From Hypanus sabinus (lineage: Eukaryota), in the NCBI RefSeq assembly GCF_030144855.1, contig NC_082714.1, forward strand, positions 115,010,001 to 115,074,000: a DNA stretch of 64,000 nt, in the 5' to 3' direction. Within the stretch, counting starts at the first letter, position 1; each line of letters begins with the position of its first letter. The notes under the pieces are model-generated. The model was not told the origin of the DNA, did not search any database, and saw only the letters and a program-made list of their open reading frames with translations. Position numbers and translations under genes: made by a program. This document shows, piece after piece, positions 22,923 through 36,600 of the stretch.

Positions 22923-23448
22923 ATGAGTTATTAACTGATGACACCATTTTGGTTTGCTTTGCTAAGTTTTGCCAGCACATACAGATTAAATACTCTTGCG
23001 TTCCACAGTCTGAACCATCCTATTGGTACCAAATGATTCCCACTGCAATGGTAACAAGGGCTTCCCGGCAGATCCGCTTTCAAGCTCACCTGAGCTCTCC
23101 TTAAAGAAATTCTTCGGACTAAGCTACTGATTACTTGTTTTTTTAAATGTCCTGTAAAAGCTGTTTCACTGTTTTATCATAAAAATATAAGGGAGTATAA
23201 CATTGCTTTGCATTGTTGCATATTTGATGATAATTACTATTTGATAATACATGCTAACTGTACTGAATTTCAGATGGTCAATATATTAGGACCAAACTGA
23301 GCCAATAAAGATTGGCACACATGGAGCACATCTGGCTTTTATCCATAAGGCAGTTGATACCTCAATGCAAAATATTACTTTTCTTTCATTGATACCATTT
23401 TTTGAAAACAATATTAATTTAACATTCTTTTCACTTACTTTAAGAAGT

Positions 23449-23468
23449 TTTATTTAAGTTATTTTATT
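23449..23468 (-). terminator. Candidate ZNFX1 polyadenylation signals (two AATAAA)
   Basis: TTTATT on + strand at 23449-23454 and 23463-23468, about 1.7 kb past the stop in AT-rich unique sequence; an alternative lies at 24257-24262. Confidence 0.3.
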
Positions 23469-25193
23469 TGTTTGCATTTTTGCGGGACATTGAATATTGG
23501 GCACAAGCAATTCCGTAATTAATTGTTTAATCTGACAAATGGCTTTAAGATTTCTAACAAAATTATCTATGGCAAAACAAAATCTGCTAAAAGTTAATAA
23601 CTTTACATTAAAACCACAAAAAAGTGATTAGAAATCATTCATACAAACAGACAATAATCGGAACAAACCAGATTCTTCACTTTGTGGGATGAAGATTAAC
23701 ATTAACAGAAGAAAACCATTTTCTACAATGTTGCTGCAGTATCTCCTTGAATGGTTTGTTAATGACAGCCAAGGTTTTGAAAGGAAACCATGTCCTAGGG
23801 TTACAAACATTAATACTCAAACTCTAGAGATGTACTAACACTTCAATAGGTGCATACTTCCCTAAACAATGTTTGTCCAATTTCTTTATAAATATTCCTG
23901 AAGCGTTGCATATTGCAGCTCTTTATATAATTACCTCATCGACTGGGTTGGTGCCTACTCTTTATATATTTAACTCAACTGACTTAATATAGCATTGGTC
24001 TATTACTCCTAGATTAAACATCAAGGTGCAACGTTTGCAGACTTCAGGTGATCAACCACGAGGCAAGACTGAGGTGTTCAGCAACTCAGCCAGGAGATCT
24101 TTTGGCCTTCCAGTCACTAGGTGGACTCAAAAGATGTGCGAAAAGAGATTTGTAGAAATTGGGGTCTGTCATTCGCAAAATAACTTAAAACTCCACAAGC
24201 TGGGAGCCTCCTGGTATTCCCAATTTTTGTTCTTTTGATATGGTAATTTTCAAGAATTTATTCATGAAGAAAATCCTCTGCTAAGGAGCTGTTTACTATC
24301 AGAGCTGTATACAAGCCAGAATGAAACTTGCTCGTTTAAAGGAAGTCCAAATATAATTCAGATGAAGAAAGTTAATCTCTGTTGGTTCACTGCACAACCA
24401 ACATTGCTTCCTTGTCACCACATTCACTGACAGATTTACTTCACCTACTTCTAGGTGAAAAGGAGGCTCGGCATACAGCATGCTGCCCAAATATCCCAAA
24501 GAATGGCGGGAGCATGGCTTTTCCTGACTGGGATTTACCCAGGCTTCTCCTGAATCTCCAATTCAGGTTAGGATTATATTTAGATTGAAATTTCCTGAGA
24601 GTTTCCTGGTTCCTGTGGATGATGGCTGCAAATTTACCATCAGTAGGAGGGACAGTGACATTCATTTGTAAAGAACAAAATCAACTGTACAAACCTAGTT
24701 AGTCCCTCAGTTTTCCAAGTGTGCATTTTAGCAATAAACTAGTCAATTACCTTCCAGAGGAAAAATAAACTATGAAAGCTGCATTTTAATGACAAGTAAA
24801 AGCAAAACATAAAATTAGAGTACAAAGTGAAGAAAACAATGATCCACCTACTCTTAATTTGTTTTGGATTTACAGATCAACATTGACTGTAATACATACA
24901 AACTCCAAATTATTTCTAGATTAAAACATTTTAATTATATGACTGATATTTAATTATACTAAAATGCAATTGTTTCAAGACACAATACAAACTTAATCCA
25001 AAACATATTGTAATTCAACCTAATTAATTTTGCTTTCAATTTGCAAAGCATAAAATACACGGCACAGCCCCTGGATAAAATGAAGCCTAATATTCATGCC
25101 TTACCACAGCATCATCAAAGTTCTGCAAAGTCACAAGATTCAGTAAACACGCCAAAATTTTATGCATAGGAATGAATGAGAACTCTGGCTTAC

Positions 25194-27641
25194 TCAAAAA
25201 AATTCTGCAAGTTCTTCATAATTCAACATATTGTTTGCAGTATTTGACCAGACAGAATGTTGAGCTCCATCCATTTCTGTAGCCACTTGGTTGCTAAGCT
25301 CCAAAGTATGGTTGGTACCCCCAATCACTGCATCACAATCTGGGCATTTGCTTTTTTCCATTGCACCTCCACATTCTGTGATAACATAGACATGACCATT
25401 TGGACACTTGTGCCAATGACCTTGACGAAGGCCCATTGCCTTAACTATCATTACTCGCTCTGTTTCAGAAATGCCAAGGGCAGTTTCGGGCAGAGCCGAC
25501 TTTAATTTTTCCATGTTTTCTTTAACGAACTTTTCATCCTCTTTGGTAAATTTTTTTGTGCCTTCCAGGATGTGCTGCACACGTGCAACAGTCTGTTCTG
25601 TTGAAGAGTCCAGTTTTTTCCCTGATGCCTTACTGCACCGAATGTAGAGGTCAACAAGGAATGTAAGCCTTTGAATTTCACTTTGCAGGTCATTAAGCTC
25701 CTGTTCTGTAAACCTTTCTCGACGTTTGCCTATCCAATTTAGATATTCATATAATTTAGTATTAAACTTTTCTTTCATGGAGAAATCTAATGTCACCTCT
25801 TGCTTTTTAAGTTTACCAAGTCTGCAAAGAAATGAAATTTTATTTTCAATGACAGAAAGACTATATAGTGACATTACAGATGACTGCAATGAAGAGAGCA
25901 AGTCTTTATGCAGACTTGGAAACTGTTCAGCTAAGATGAAGCGTGCCTTCAGTTGAACTATCAAAGCTGCTGCATTTTGCTTGATTGTTTCTACGTCCCC
26001 ATGAACAAGCTTCTTCACTTTTTCAATTTCGCAGAGGCTCTTTTTTATCATAGCTCCATAACGCAGACTCTTCCTGATGGGAGTTTGGCATTTTGGACAG
26101 CTTTTTAGCTTTATAACGCTATCACTGCCTTCCTCCTCACCATCATTCATGTAATGGTCAAAACCAGTTACCTCAAAAACATGGTGACAGTCTTCCAGTT
26201 GAACAAACCTGGCATCAGGTTCTTCCTCAGTACCAAAAAAAATTTCAGTGAGATCAGCGCGGTCACAAACACGACATTTACCCGGGCAGGGTTCACCACA
26301 GAGTCCGACACAAGGATGCCTACATTTCAGCAGTTTTTTGCAAGGCTCATTGCAAGGTGGCCTGTCACATGGCTCTGAGCAGAGCTTTCGGCATTTGTAA
26401 TGCTTACAAGCCCACTCACAAGGCTCTACACACGGAGTACATGAAGCGCCACACTTCTTCCTGCATTTGCTGTGCTTGCACAGGTTTTCACAGGGCCTTT
26501 GACATGGAGGGCACTGGTTTGTGCAGGGCTCCATGCACTCATGAGAGCAAATGAGCAAACGCTTGCATGGTTGTTTACAACTTTCATGAAAGCGACCTTC
26601 ATAGCAAAGGTGACAGGAACCAGGACAGTTATGATCACAGTCCAAGATAGCATTACATTTTTGTTTGCAAGGAACACAGTTCCCAATCTTTGCAGCTTCC
26701 TTTATGTAACATTCTACTTCCTGGACATGACCACACTTTAAGGTTATTGGAACTTTCTCCTTGCATGTTGCACATTTCTCTCCACAGGTCACAGTACAAT
26801 TATGTCCACAGTAAAGTATTTTTGAACAAGGTTTTTTGCAGCAAAAATCTGCTGGGTTCTTATAACAAGGCACTTCCTGCAAGTGTCCACATTTAGGAAT
26901 TAACTTCTCCACCTTTACTTCACACTTGCCACATTTCTTATAGCATGGCTTTGTACATCTATGCCCAATTTCACAAATCACTTTCTGACATGGTTTCAGA
27001 CAATCGTATTTCTTGTGGTCCACATCATATGGATGGCATGCCCTTGTGCAAACATGACCACAGTCCAGCCTGTACTCACATGGCAGGGAACAGCCTCCCT
27101 CAGGCACCTTACTGAAATCCTCCTTTTTAGACACTAAGGTCTGTGTTTTGGGGTGGTTCTGGCAAGAGAGCAATAGCGCACGGCCAATATTGCCTCTTGC
27201 ACGCAAGGTATGCATTATCTTGCTCCATAGAGGAACATTTGCTAGAATACTCATGTTTCCTACGCAGTAAAGACCTTTCTTGGCCCTTGATAGTGCCACA
27301 CAGACCCGATTTGCTATTTGCAAAAATCCAATTTTGCCCGATTCATTGCTTCTCACCAGAGAAAGCAGAATGATGTCATTCTCCTCTCCCTGATATTTGT
27401 CGACCACGTGAACCTTCACACCAGCATACTTCTCAGAAGGCATCATTTTGCGTAGACAGAAGAGTTGCCCTGTATAGGTGGTGAGGATTGTGATCTGAGA
27501 AGGCGAGTAATCCTGGCAGATAAGATAATGACAGAGTGCAACAACAAAAGCAGCTTCGTGCTGATTCTGATGGCTTTTGCCTTCCCGGATTTCTTCCTCA
27601 GGGAAATCATGTTCTACAAAGAACAGATTTGTTGATATCCC
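25194..27641 (-). CDS. ZNFX1: ZNFX1 terminal coding exon 12/12 (helicase C-lobe, NF-X1 zinc fingers, RING-like segment, RZ finger, stop)
   Basis: TAG acceptor at 27642-27644; open frame of 816 codons ending in TGA; contains the 750-aa ORF of the track. Confidence 0.97.
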   Translation of the reverse strand, partial: GISTNLFFVEHDFPEEEIREGKSHQNQHEAAFVVALCHYLICQDYSPSQITILTTYTGQLFCLRKMMPSEKYAGVKVHVVDKYQGEENDIILLSLVRSNESGKIGFLQIANRVCVALSRAKKGLYCVGNMSILANVPLWSKIMHTLRARGNIGRALLLSCQNHPKTQTLVSKKEDFSKVPEGGCSLPCEYRLDCGHVCTRACHPYDVDHKKYDCLKPCQKVICEIGHRCTKPCYKKCGKCEVKVEKLIPKCGHLQEVPCYKNPADFCCKKPCSKILYCGHNCTVTCGEKCATCKEKVPITLKCGHVQEVECYIKEAAKIGNCVPCKQKCNAILDCDHNCPGSCHLCYEGRFHESCKQPCKRLLICSHECMEPCTNQCPPCQRPCENLCKHSKCRKKCGASCTPCVEPCEWACKHYKCRKLCSEPCDRPPCNEPCKKLLKCRHPCVGLCGEPCPGKCRVCDRADLTEIFFGTEEEPDARFVQLEDCHHVFEVTGFDHYMNDGEEEGSDSVIKLKSCPKCQTPIRKSLRYGAMIKKSLCEIEKVKKLVHGDVETIKQNAAALIVQLKARFILAEQFPSLHKDLLSSLQSSVMSLYSLSVIENKISFLCRLGKLKKQEVTLDFSMKEKFNTKLYEYLNWIGKRRERFTEQELNDLQSEIQRLTFLVDLYIRCSKASGKKLDSSTEQTVARVQHILEGTKKFTKEDEKFVKENMEKLKSALPETALGISETERVMIVKAMGLRQGHWHKCPNGHVYVITECGGAMEKSKCPDCDAVIGGTNHTLELSNQVATEMDGAQHSVWSNTANNMLNYEELAEFF

Positions 27642-30600
27642 CTATGGAAAAATTGTGGAGAGAGAAGAGAGGTTAAAAAGTAACGTAAAGATTATCATGA
27701 TCAACTAAAATAGTTCTGTATAGCTTAACCTGAATTGGACAATTATAAACTTGTCTATTTATCCAAATAACTTTTAGCAGAAGTGTGACGCACTCAAAGT
27801 TTGAGGGTTAGTTAATTCCATTACAGCCCAGGCTACCAAGTGTTCAATAGCATTTTCTTAGCTGAAACTGTTTGGGCTATATAATTAGGTACACAAGTTA
27901 GGTCAAATTAATGAACTTGTACATTATGTGTAACATGTACAAAATGCTGGAGGAACTTAGCAAGACAGCATCTGTGGAGGGGAATAAACAGTCAGTATTT
28001 CCGTCTGAGACTCTTCATCCCGACTGGAATGGAAGGGGGCATTCCAGCATCTTAACCACTTGGCCACGCACCACTCTCATTGCAGTGGAGGATACATTGT
28101 ATTGGAAATGGGTTGCCACTGAAAGATCCCATCTTTCGTGTCGGATAGAATGAAGTGATCCCCCAATCTGTGTCGGGTGTCACAGAGGTAGAGAGGGCTA
28201 CACTGGGAGCACCTGATACCATAGATGATCCTAATACACTTGCAGGTGAAGTGTCGCCTCACCTGGAAGGACTGCTTGAAGCCCTGAGTGTTGGTAAGGA
28301 AGGAGGTCTAGGAGCAGGTGTTACACTTAAGACCATAAAACATAGAAGCAGAATTAGACCTGTAGGCCCATTGAGTCTTCTCCACCATTCCATCAAGGCT
28401 GATTTATTATCCCTCCAAGTCCTATTCTCCTTTTCTCCCCGTAACTTTTAACAAGATGACCAATCAAGAACTATCAACCTGCACTTTAAACATACTCATT
28501 TACTTGGCCTCCACAGCTGTCTAAGGCAATGAATTTCAGAGATTCACTATCCTCTGGCTAAAGAAATTCCTTGTCATCTCTGTTCTAAATGGACATCCCT
28601 TTGTTCTGAGGCTGGGCCCTCTAGTCCTGACTATAGGAAATGTCTTGTCCACATCCACTCTAACTAGGCCTTTTAAAATTCGATAGGTCTCAACAAGATT
28701 TCCCTTCATTCTACTGAACTCCAGCAAGTACAGGTCCAGAGCCATCAAACATTTGTCATGTTAACCCTTTCATTCTTGTAATTATCTTCATGTACCTCTT
28801 CTGGACCCTCTCCAATGGCCAGCACATCTTTTTTTAGATAAGGGGCCCAAGAATACTCCAAGTGCAGTCTGACCAATGACCTATGAAGCCTCGGCATTAC
28901 ATCATTGCTTTTATATTCTAGTCCTCTCGCAATGAATGCCAACATTGTATTTGCCTTCCTTACCATCAACTCAATCTGCAAGTCCCTTTGCACCTCTGAT
29001 CTTTGAATTTTCTCCACATTTAGAAAATAGTCTACGCCTTTATTCCTTGAAGGAGCTAGATAGATATCTGATGGACAGGGGAATCAAGGGATATGGGGAC
29101 AAGGCAGGGACTGGTTATTGATAGTGAATGATCAGCCATGATCTCAGAATGGCGGTGCAGACTCGAGGGGCCGAATGGTCTACTTCTGCACCTATTGTCT
29201 ATAAAGTGCATGACCATACATTTCCCTACACTGCTTGCCATCTACCACTTCTTTGTCCATTAGACCATTCTGCTCAAGTCCTCTGCAGACTACCTGCTCC
29301 TCCGCTGATCTTCGTATCATCCACAAATTTGGCCATCAATTTCATCATCAAAATCTGATATTTAATGTGAAAAGAAGCTGTCCCAACACCAACCCCTGCA
29401 GAACACCAGAAGTCACCGGCAGCCAAACAGAAAATGTCCTCTTTATTCCCACTCTTTGCCTCCTAGCAGTCAGTTATTCTTCCATCCATGCTAGTATCTT
29501 TCCTGTAACACTGTGGGCTCTAGTTAAGCAGCCTCACGTGTAGCACCTTGTCAAAAGCTTTCTGAAAATCCATGTAAGCTACATCTCCTGTCTATCCCGA
29601 CTCTTGTTTGTCCTGCCTGTTATCCGTACAAATGTGACAAGTGCCAGTAGGGAGATCAGCGAGGTAGGGAAAGTGTCTGAAGGGGTCACATAGTGATCCC
29701 TCCAGAAAATGGAGGGCGGAATGCAGTGGAGGGAAAGATGAACTTAGTGACAGGATCTCAATGGAGATGGCAGAAGTTAGGTTTGTATATTATGTGTCAG
29801 GGTCAGCAACTATTGGCCTGTTTCAGCACTGAAATAGTGTTTGTGACAATTTCAAGTCAGTATTTCCGGATTTTTCAATAAGAGTCTCCTGCTGGTTATA
29901 TTTCTTGAGATGATTTGCTGTTCTGCTGTCCGGTAAGATCGTAGCTAATCTGGTTGTAATATCAATTGGTGTTGTTTTAGTCTCTTTCTATACAGTGCTC
30001 TACCAGACAACTCACAAGAGGTAAAATGTTACACTATTGTTCGAATAAAATGGATGGGGAATGCAACCAACAAATTCAGACCAGTCAACTTAATCTCAAT
30101 TGAAAGAAAGTTTTTAGGGAAAATGGTAAGGAAAAGATGTGTTCTGATATCTTGTCTGCTTCAATCACATCACACTTGCAAACTGAGACAGACAGAACTC
30201 TGGCCTTTCAAACTTTCCTTCCTACAGTGCTAAATTGGAAGAGCAACCATCAGTATAGGAGAGGATCAAGTTAACACCAGAGCATAATGTGTTGTTGGTC
30301 TTTGGTTCTATACCAGAGCTGGGCCATCTGACTTTATTGTGGTAGCATCAGACTGAAATCTGTGTTTTAAATATGGAAACCAGGGGAAAGCAACTCCAGG
30401 CAAGTTTTTAAACAAGTCAGCTTTAATCACTAAGCATCAAAAATATAGATGGGTGCACTTATTTTAATGATTGATCCTTATACCCACTGCAATATGGACT
30501 AATTTATGACTTAGTTTGTAGGAGACCGGGTCAAATCTAGGACAACCAGCTGTAGGATTGTGTATTTTATTTTAAATGTACTTCTTTGATTTCCCAGTGA

Positions 30601-33600
30601 CTGATGTGAGAAGACACCACATTGTTCCCAAACTAAAATTTTTGTAATAGTTAGTCAGTGAATCAATAAATCATTGAAGTTCAACAGTAAACGCTGTTCA
30701 TTTTCACTCATTTCATTGCCCTAAATATGTATCTGCTAATGTAAAAAATATACCTTAATGTTTTCATAATCCATTACAGATGGGTGATTCTCCAGGTGCG
30801 CATAGATGTGAGGAGTTAAAAGCTCAGCAATTTCTGGTCTCATACGATGCTGAAAAGAAAGAGTTAACCCTTCATTATAAATATATGTATGAAGTAGGAG
30901 TAAAAGTAGACCATTTGGCATCTCAGGTAGGTTCTGCTGCTCAATAAGATCATGGGTAATCTGGTTGTAACATAAACTGGGGTTCTTGTCATCTCCTTCT
31001 ATACAGAGCTCTATGAGATGATGCACAAAAGGTAAAATGTTAATACTATTGTTCAAATCAAAATGACGGGGAATGAGGCCAGCAAATGCGGACCAATTTA
31101 ATCTCAGTGGTAAGAAAGGATGTGTTCTGATATCTTGTCTGCTTCAATCACATCACACTTGCAAACTGAGGCGGACAGAATTCGAGCTTCTCAATCTTTC
31201 CTTGTAAAATAATGTTTTACTTAGCCCGACTGATGACTGTTCACATAGAGCAGGGCTCATACAAAAAAGGGCAGCTGGGTATTACAAGTTATATAGGAAG
31301 CATGTCAACTGGTGGAGAAGTTGATGTCATGGGTGAGATGACTTTGGCTGGTGAATTGGGGACTTGGGTCCTACATAGCAGTGACTAAGACACCATGATT
31401 GAGTCAAATTTGAAGTTGGCAAGGAGCTGTGGGGAGTTGTCATCAATGAGAGTAGTATGTGGATGTTCTAACTGGAAGTAATCTAGGAGCTGCTCAGAAA
31501 AAGCATAGGAAGGGAGGGGTGGACTGCAAAACATCAGCCACAGTGGGTACACAGTTGAACATTTCACTTTGTTATATGTAGCCAAGTCATTCTTGTGCTA
31601 GATTGGAAGAGCAACCATCAGTATAGGAGACGATCAAGCCAACTCAGGAACTTAATGCACTCTCAGTGGTGTAGTTGGTCTTTGGTTCTGTTCTAGAGCT
31701 GTGCCATCTGAATGTATAGTGATAGCATTAGGCTGAAATCTGTACTGTAGATATGGAGACCATGGGAAAGTAACTCCTTATACCCACTGCAGTATGGAAT
31801 AATTGATGAGGACAAGGACTAGATCATCACTAACAAATGCAACATTAGTATTCATTTTAAATTAATGTAGCAGCATGACAACCCTTTAAACCTCAAAACA
31901 GAAGGGTATATTGTTTGTGTTCGTATTGCTCCATTAAAATAGAAAATGAATATTTTTAATATGTTGAGAAATTAAAAGGAGGATCTGAGTGCTCTTGTTC
32001 ATGAACCTCTGAAAGTTAACATGAGAGTACATCAAGCAGTTGGAAAGGTCAACAGTACACTAGTCTTTACTGCAAGAACATTTCATAGGTATGAAACCAC
32101 AGGAAGTAGAGTGTTGCTACCATGAAATAATGCTCTGATGAGATCATATCTGGAATAATATGAACAGATCCTGCCTCTCTACCTGAGGAAGGAAATACTA
32201 GCAATCAAGGGAATGCAGCAAAACTTTACTATATTGATTGCTAAGACGGACTTGTTGCCTAAAGAAACTGAGTGGGCAATGAGAGATGATATCACTAAAA
32301 TTTAACTTGTACAGATGCAGAGTCAATGTTTCTCTGGGATAGGGTATCACAAACCAGAGTCAGAATCTCAAAATATGGAGTTGGCTTGCCAGGAGTGTCT
32401 CAAAAAGAAATGTATTCATATAGAATGGTTATGAATCATTAGAATTATCTAGCCAACAAGGTTGTAGAGATTCAGTCATTGACTTTAAGAGAGGAGATTA
32501 ATAGATCTTCAGATGCTAAGGAAGTCAATGGTATGGATTATTGCAGGGAAATTGTGAAGAAATGAAAGATCTATTATGATCTTAATTTGTATCATAGTTA
32601 GTGTGAAGGGCCGAATAGTCTCCAGGTGCCCTTATTTATAATGTTCTAATAAAGAGGCAATCCTTGGAAAATTACCAAAGATGTTTTCTTTTGGCTTAGT
32701 ATTGCCTAAAACCTTAAAGATGGCCTTTCATTTTCAGGTTGTGGATAGAAAATGCCAGTTTTTCAATTGTTTTAAAAAGCATCATAACAATTTTTTTTTG
32801 GTCATGAAACTGTTTGGCATACACTTCACTCATTCTCACCTGATAATCCAGTCGCACGAATGGAACGTTGACCTTTACCAGTCTTTCAAATAAAGAAACT
32901 TCCAAATGGAAGTTTCTGGCGAGATCATACACTGTTGCACTGGGACGAAGCTGTCAAGGAAACACTACATTAATGGCTGAAGATAGCATAAAGATAACTC
33001 ATATAATCTGATTATCAACATCCAACTACATATTCTCAAGACCACTCGAAGTACAGAAAGAATAACAGAGCTGTAATTTCAAGAAGCCACATCACAGTGA
33101 GCAAATGGATGGTCACCAACTATCTACAGTTCAGCATATTTGGTGGCTAGACTTGAATTATAACTTCAACCTGCATTACAAAGAAGATTTAACGAAGGAA
33201 TCTTCTTAAACAGTAATCTTTCAAAATCAACTCATATTATTTTGGAAACTAATCCCCAGACAGTAAGAGCTCTTCACTTTGGAGAGAGCACTGGGGCTGA
33301 CAATGGAACAACATAAAGAGGGAACCCAAGTACAGATCAGATTAGCCAGTAGTTTTTTTAGCGAGTATTTTTTTTCTTTTTTTAAGCAACAGGTGCTAAA
33401 TATCTTCTTCATCAACATTATTGAAGTTATTGCAGTTATTGAAGTCAACTGCACTATTTTGTACTTGCATTTAAAAACTGTAAAGGATGATTAAATGTCT
33501 TTGATTGGTACTTACCACCTGAATATTCAGGCTGGTTAAAGGGTATATGCTACTAATATTTAAATGCCATTTTAAAAATACTGTTTTGTAGCAAAGAAAT

Positions 33601-36600
33601 CATCTGCTACTGGCCATTCTCTATTTAACAGTAAAAAACTATGTCTGTTTAATATCAAGGCCCGGGGAGGATTAGTTATTGGGTTTCCTGTTTGCATTTT
33701 GTGATCTCACTAGAAACAAATAGAGAACACATTGTGACAATTTAAAGCAGCATCGTACATTTAAAGGTAGTGCATTTAAAGTTATGCTTCTCTAGCTGAA
33801 CTTGGCATTATTTGAGAACATCTACTCTTTGGATTTTACAACACACTTTATGCAATGGATTATGGACCCAAGGCAATTTGAAAGAAGATAAACTTTTTTA
33901 AAATGAGCTTGCAACACAGAAACTGTAATATGGTTACAATGTTGAATTTTACATTCTGGCATTTGAAGCTATAAAGAGGACTAACTGTATTCCTGAATGG
34001 GCTCATTATTCATTTGGTATGGGTGCCATTTTGCTGACAGACCATAAAACTGTACAAATTGCCAGCACATTCTGCTGGAAATCTGAAGTGCCAAATTTTG
34101 CCCAAGGTGGCTGGTGGTCCTTCCAGTTCTTGCTTTCAAAAAAAAGGTAATTTGCTTTCCCATTCCAAAGCTTTACTACATTTCACTGAGTAAGTGAAAT
34201 TGTAGCTATATACCGCTTTTAATATTGAATGGACTTGTAGTTTTTAGTGGAATTAAAAGAGTGTTGTTTCAGAGTTCAAACGTAATGTTGCTTTTAAAAG
34301 GTGAGAAAAAGGTCACAATCTTCAATTGTCAGATTCCCAGAAATGTGCTGTTGGATTTCATAGTATTTTCTGCACAGTTAGTTTCAACACACATATTAAG
34401 TTATATACAAATCATCTATTGCAAGATCTCCCAAGTGCCAACACATAACCTTGCAGCTGCAGTTTCAGAGCCCAGCTCTTAAAGGGTCATGCTGGGGCTC
34501 CCCAATAGCACAGCGGTTAGCATGATGCTATTACAGCTCGGGGTGTCAGAGTTCAGAGTTTGATTCCTGCATCCTCCAAAAGGATGTTTGTACATTTTTT
34601 CTGTGTGCATATTGGCTCCATTCGCGTGCTCAGATCCAAACGTACCAGTTAGTAGATTAATTGTTCATTGTAATTAGGCTAGGGTTAAATCGGTGGGTTG
34701 CTGGGCAACAAGGCTCAGTGCGCATAATAGACAGTAGGTGCAGGAGTAGGCCATTCGGCCCTTCTAGCCAGCACCGCCATTCACTGTGATCATGGCTGAT
34801 CATACACAATCAGTACCCCGTTCCTGCCCTCTCCCCATATCCCTTGACCCCGCTATCTATAAGAGCTCTATCTAACTCTCTCTTGAATGCATCCAGAGAC
34901 TTGGCCTCCACTGCCTTCTGGGGCAGAGCATTCCACATATCCACCACTCTCTGGGTGAAAAAGTTTTTCCACATCTCTGTTCTAAATGGCCTATCCCTTA
35001 TTCTTAAACTGTGGACTCTAGTTCTGGACTCAGCCATCAGCAGGAACATGCTTCCTCTCTCCAGCGTGTCCAATCCCATAATAATCTTATATGTTTCAAT
35101 CAGACCCCCTCTCATCCTTCTAAATTCCAGTGTATACAAGCCCAGTCGCTCCAATCTTTCAACATATGACATTCCCGCCATTCCGGGAATTAAACTTGTG
35201 AACCTACGCTGTACTCCCTCAATAGCAAAAATGTCCTTCCTCAAATTTGGAGACCAAAACTGCACACAATTCCCCAGGCTGCAGAAGGACCTCTTTACTC
35301 CTATACTTAATTCCTCTTGTTATAAAGGCCAGCATGCTATTAGCTTTCTTCACTACCTGTTGTACCTGCATGCTTGCTTTCATTGACTGATGTACAAGAA
35401 TACCTAGATTTCGTTGTACTTCCCCTTTTCCTAAATTGACTCCATTTAGATAGTAATCTGCCTTCCTGTTCTTGCCACCAAAGTGGATAGCCTCACATTT
35501 ATCCCCATTAAACTGCATCTGCCATACACTTACCCACTCACCCAACCTGTCCAAGTCACCCTACATTCTCAAAGGGCCTGTATCTCCAAATAAATACTGC
35601 TTTTTCAAGATAGATGCTGTAACAGTGGTAGAAGGGATTCAAAGTGTTTTCAAGGACTCAGAAATATCTGGTGAAGAACAGTAACCATAGAAACCCAACT
35701 ATTTATGCAGGAGGATTCTGGATTCCTTTCTGATGGTTGTGGCAGGAGGTTTCTAGAATATTTTTGCAAAGAGAAACATTGCAAAAAATGTCCATAATCC
35801 TCAGCACTCACAGGCAAACACATGCCTGTATTTGAGGTTGTAGATCACATTTCTGTTATTCCCATACAGGATGTCACTGGCAAAGCCTGCATTCGTTGTC
35901 TGTCCAGAATTAACTGTGAACTGTTGAGAGTTGTTTACAGTTGGTCTTACGTAACTTTAGACCCACCATTGGTCAGAAGGGGCAACGAAGACAGTTATTA
36001 ACCAGAAATGACAATTTAATTCTTTCATGGTTAGCACTGTTGAAACTCACTTATCTTTAAAATAAACTCTTTAAAATAATTAATTTTGAATTTCCCATTT
36101 CCCTTGGTATGATTCAATCTCATACTTCCACATAAGCAGTCCAAAGTTAGCCATTGTACCATACCTGGTATGGTTATGATCATTTCTGATGATCTTAGTG
36201 AAGCCTAGCCTGCATAGATATTGCTCCACACAACCAGTTGTATGTAACACTCCCTGTAAATTCTGCACACTGAGTACTTAAGTGCCTGCTCGTGTATGAT
36301 CCTTGCAACTTCCTCCAATGCCTGTGGTGGATTTCCAAACTGTTCCACAACTTTTCTGAGCGATATCCCCCAAAGGATGCCAGATTTGAGTATGGAAAAG
36401 TGATTGAAGATTAAAAAAAGGCTCAGTGTTAAATATGAGCACTGTGAGCAGTAGGATTACAGAGTTCTGGGGAGCAGTCCGAAAAAAGAATGTGGTTTTG
36501 TGCATTGACCCTTTTAATTAGTGTGTTTCAGGAAAACATGGTGAAATTTTGTGCCATGAGTCAAAACAAAATATTGGATCCTTTGATCAGTGAGGCTGAA

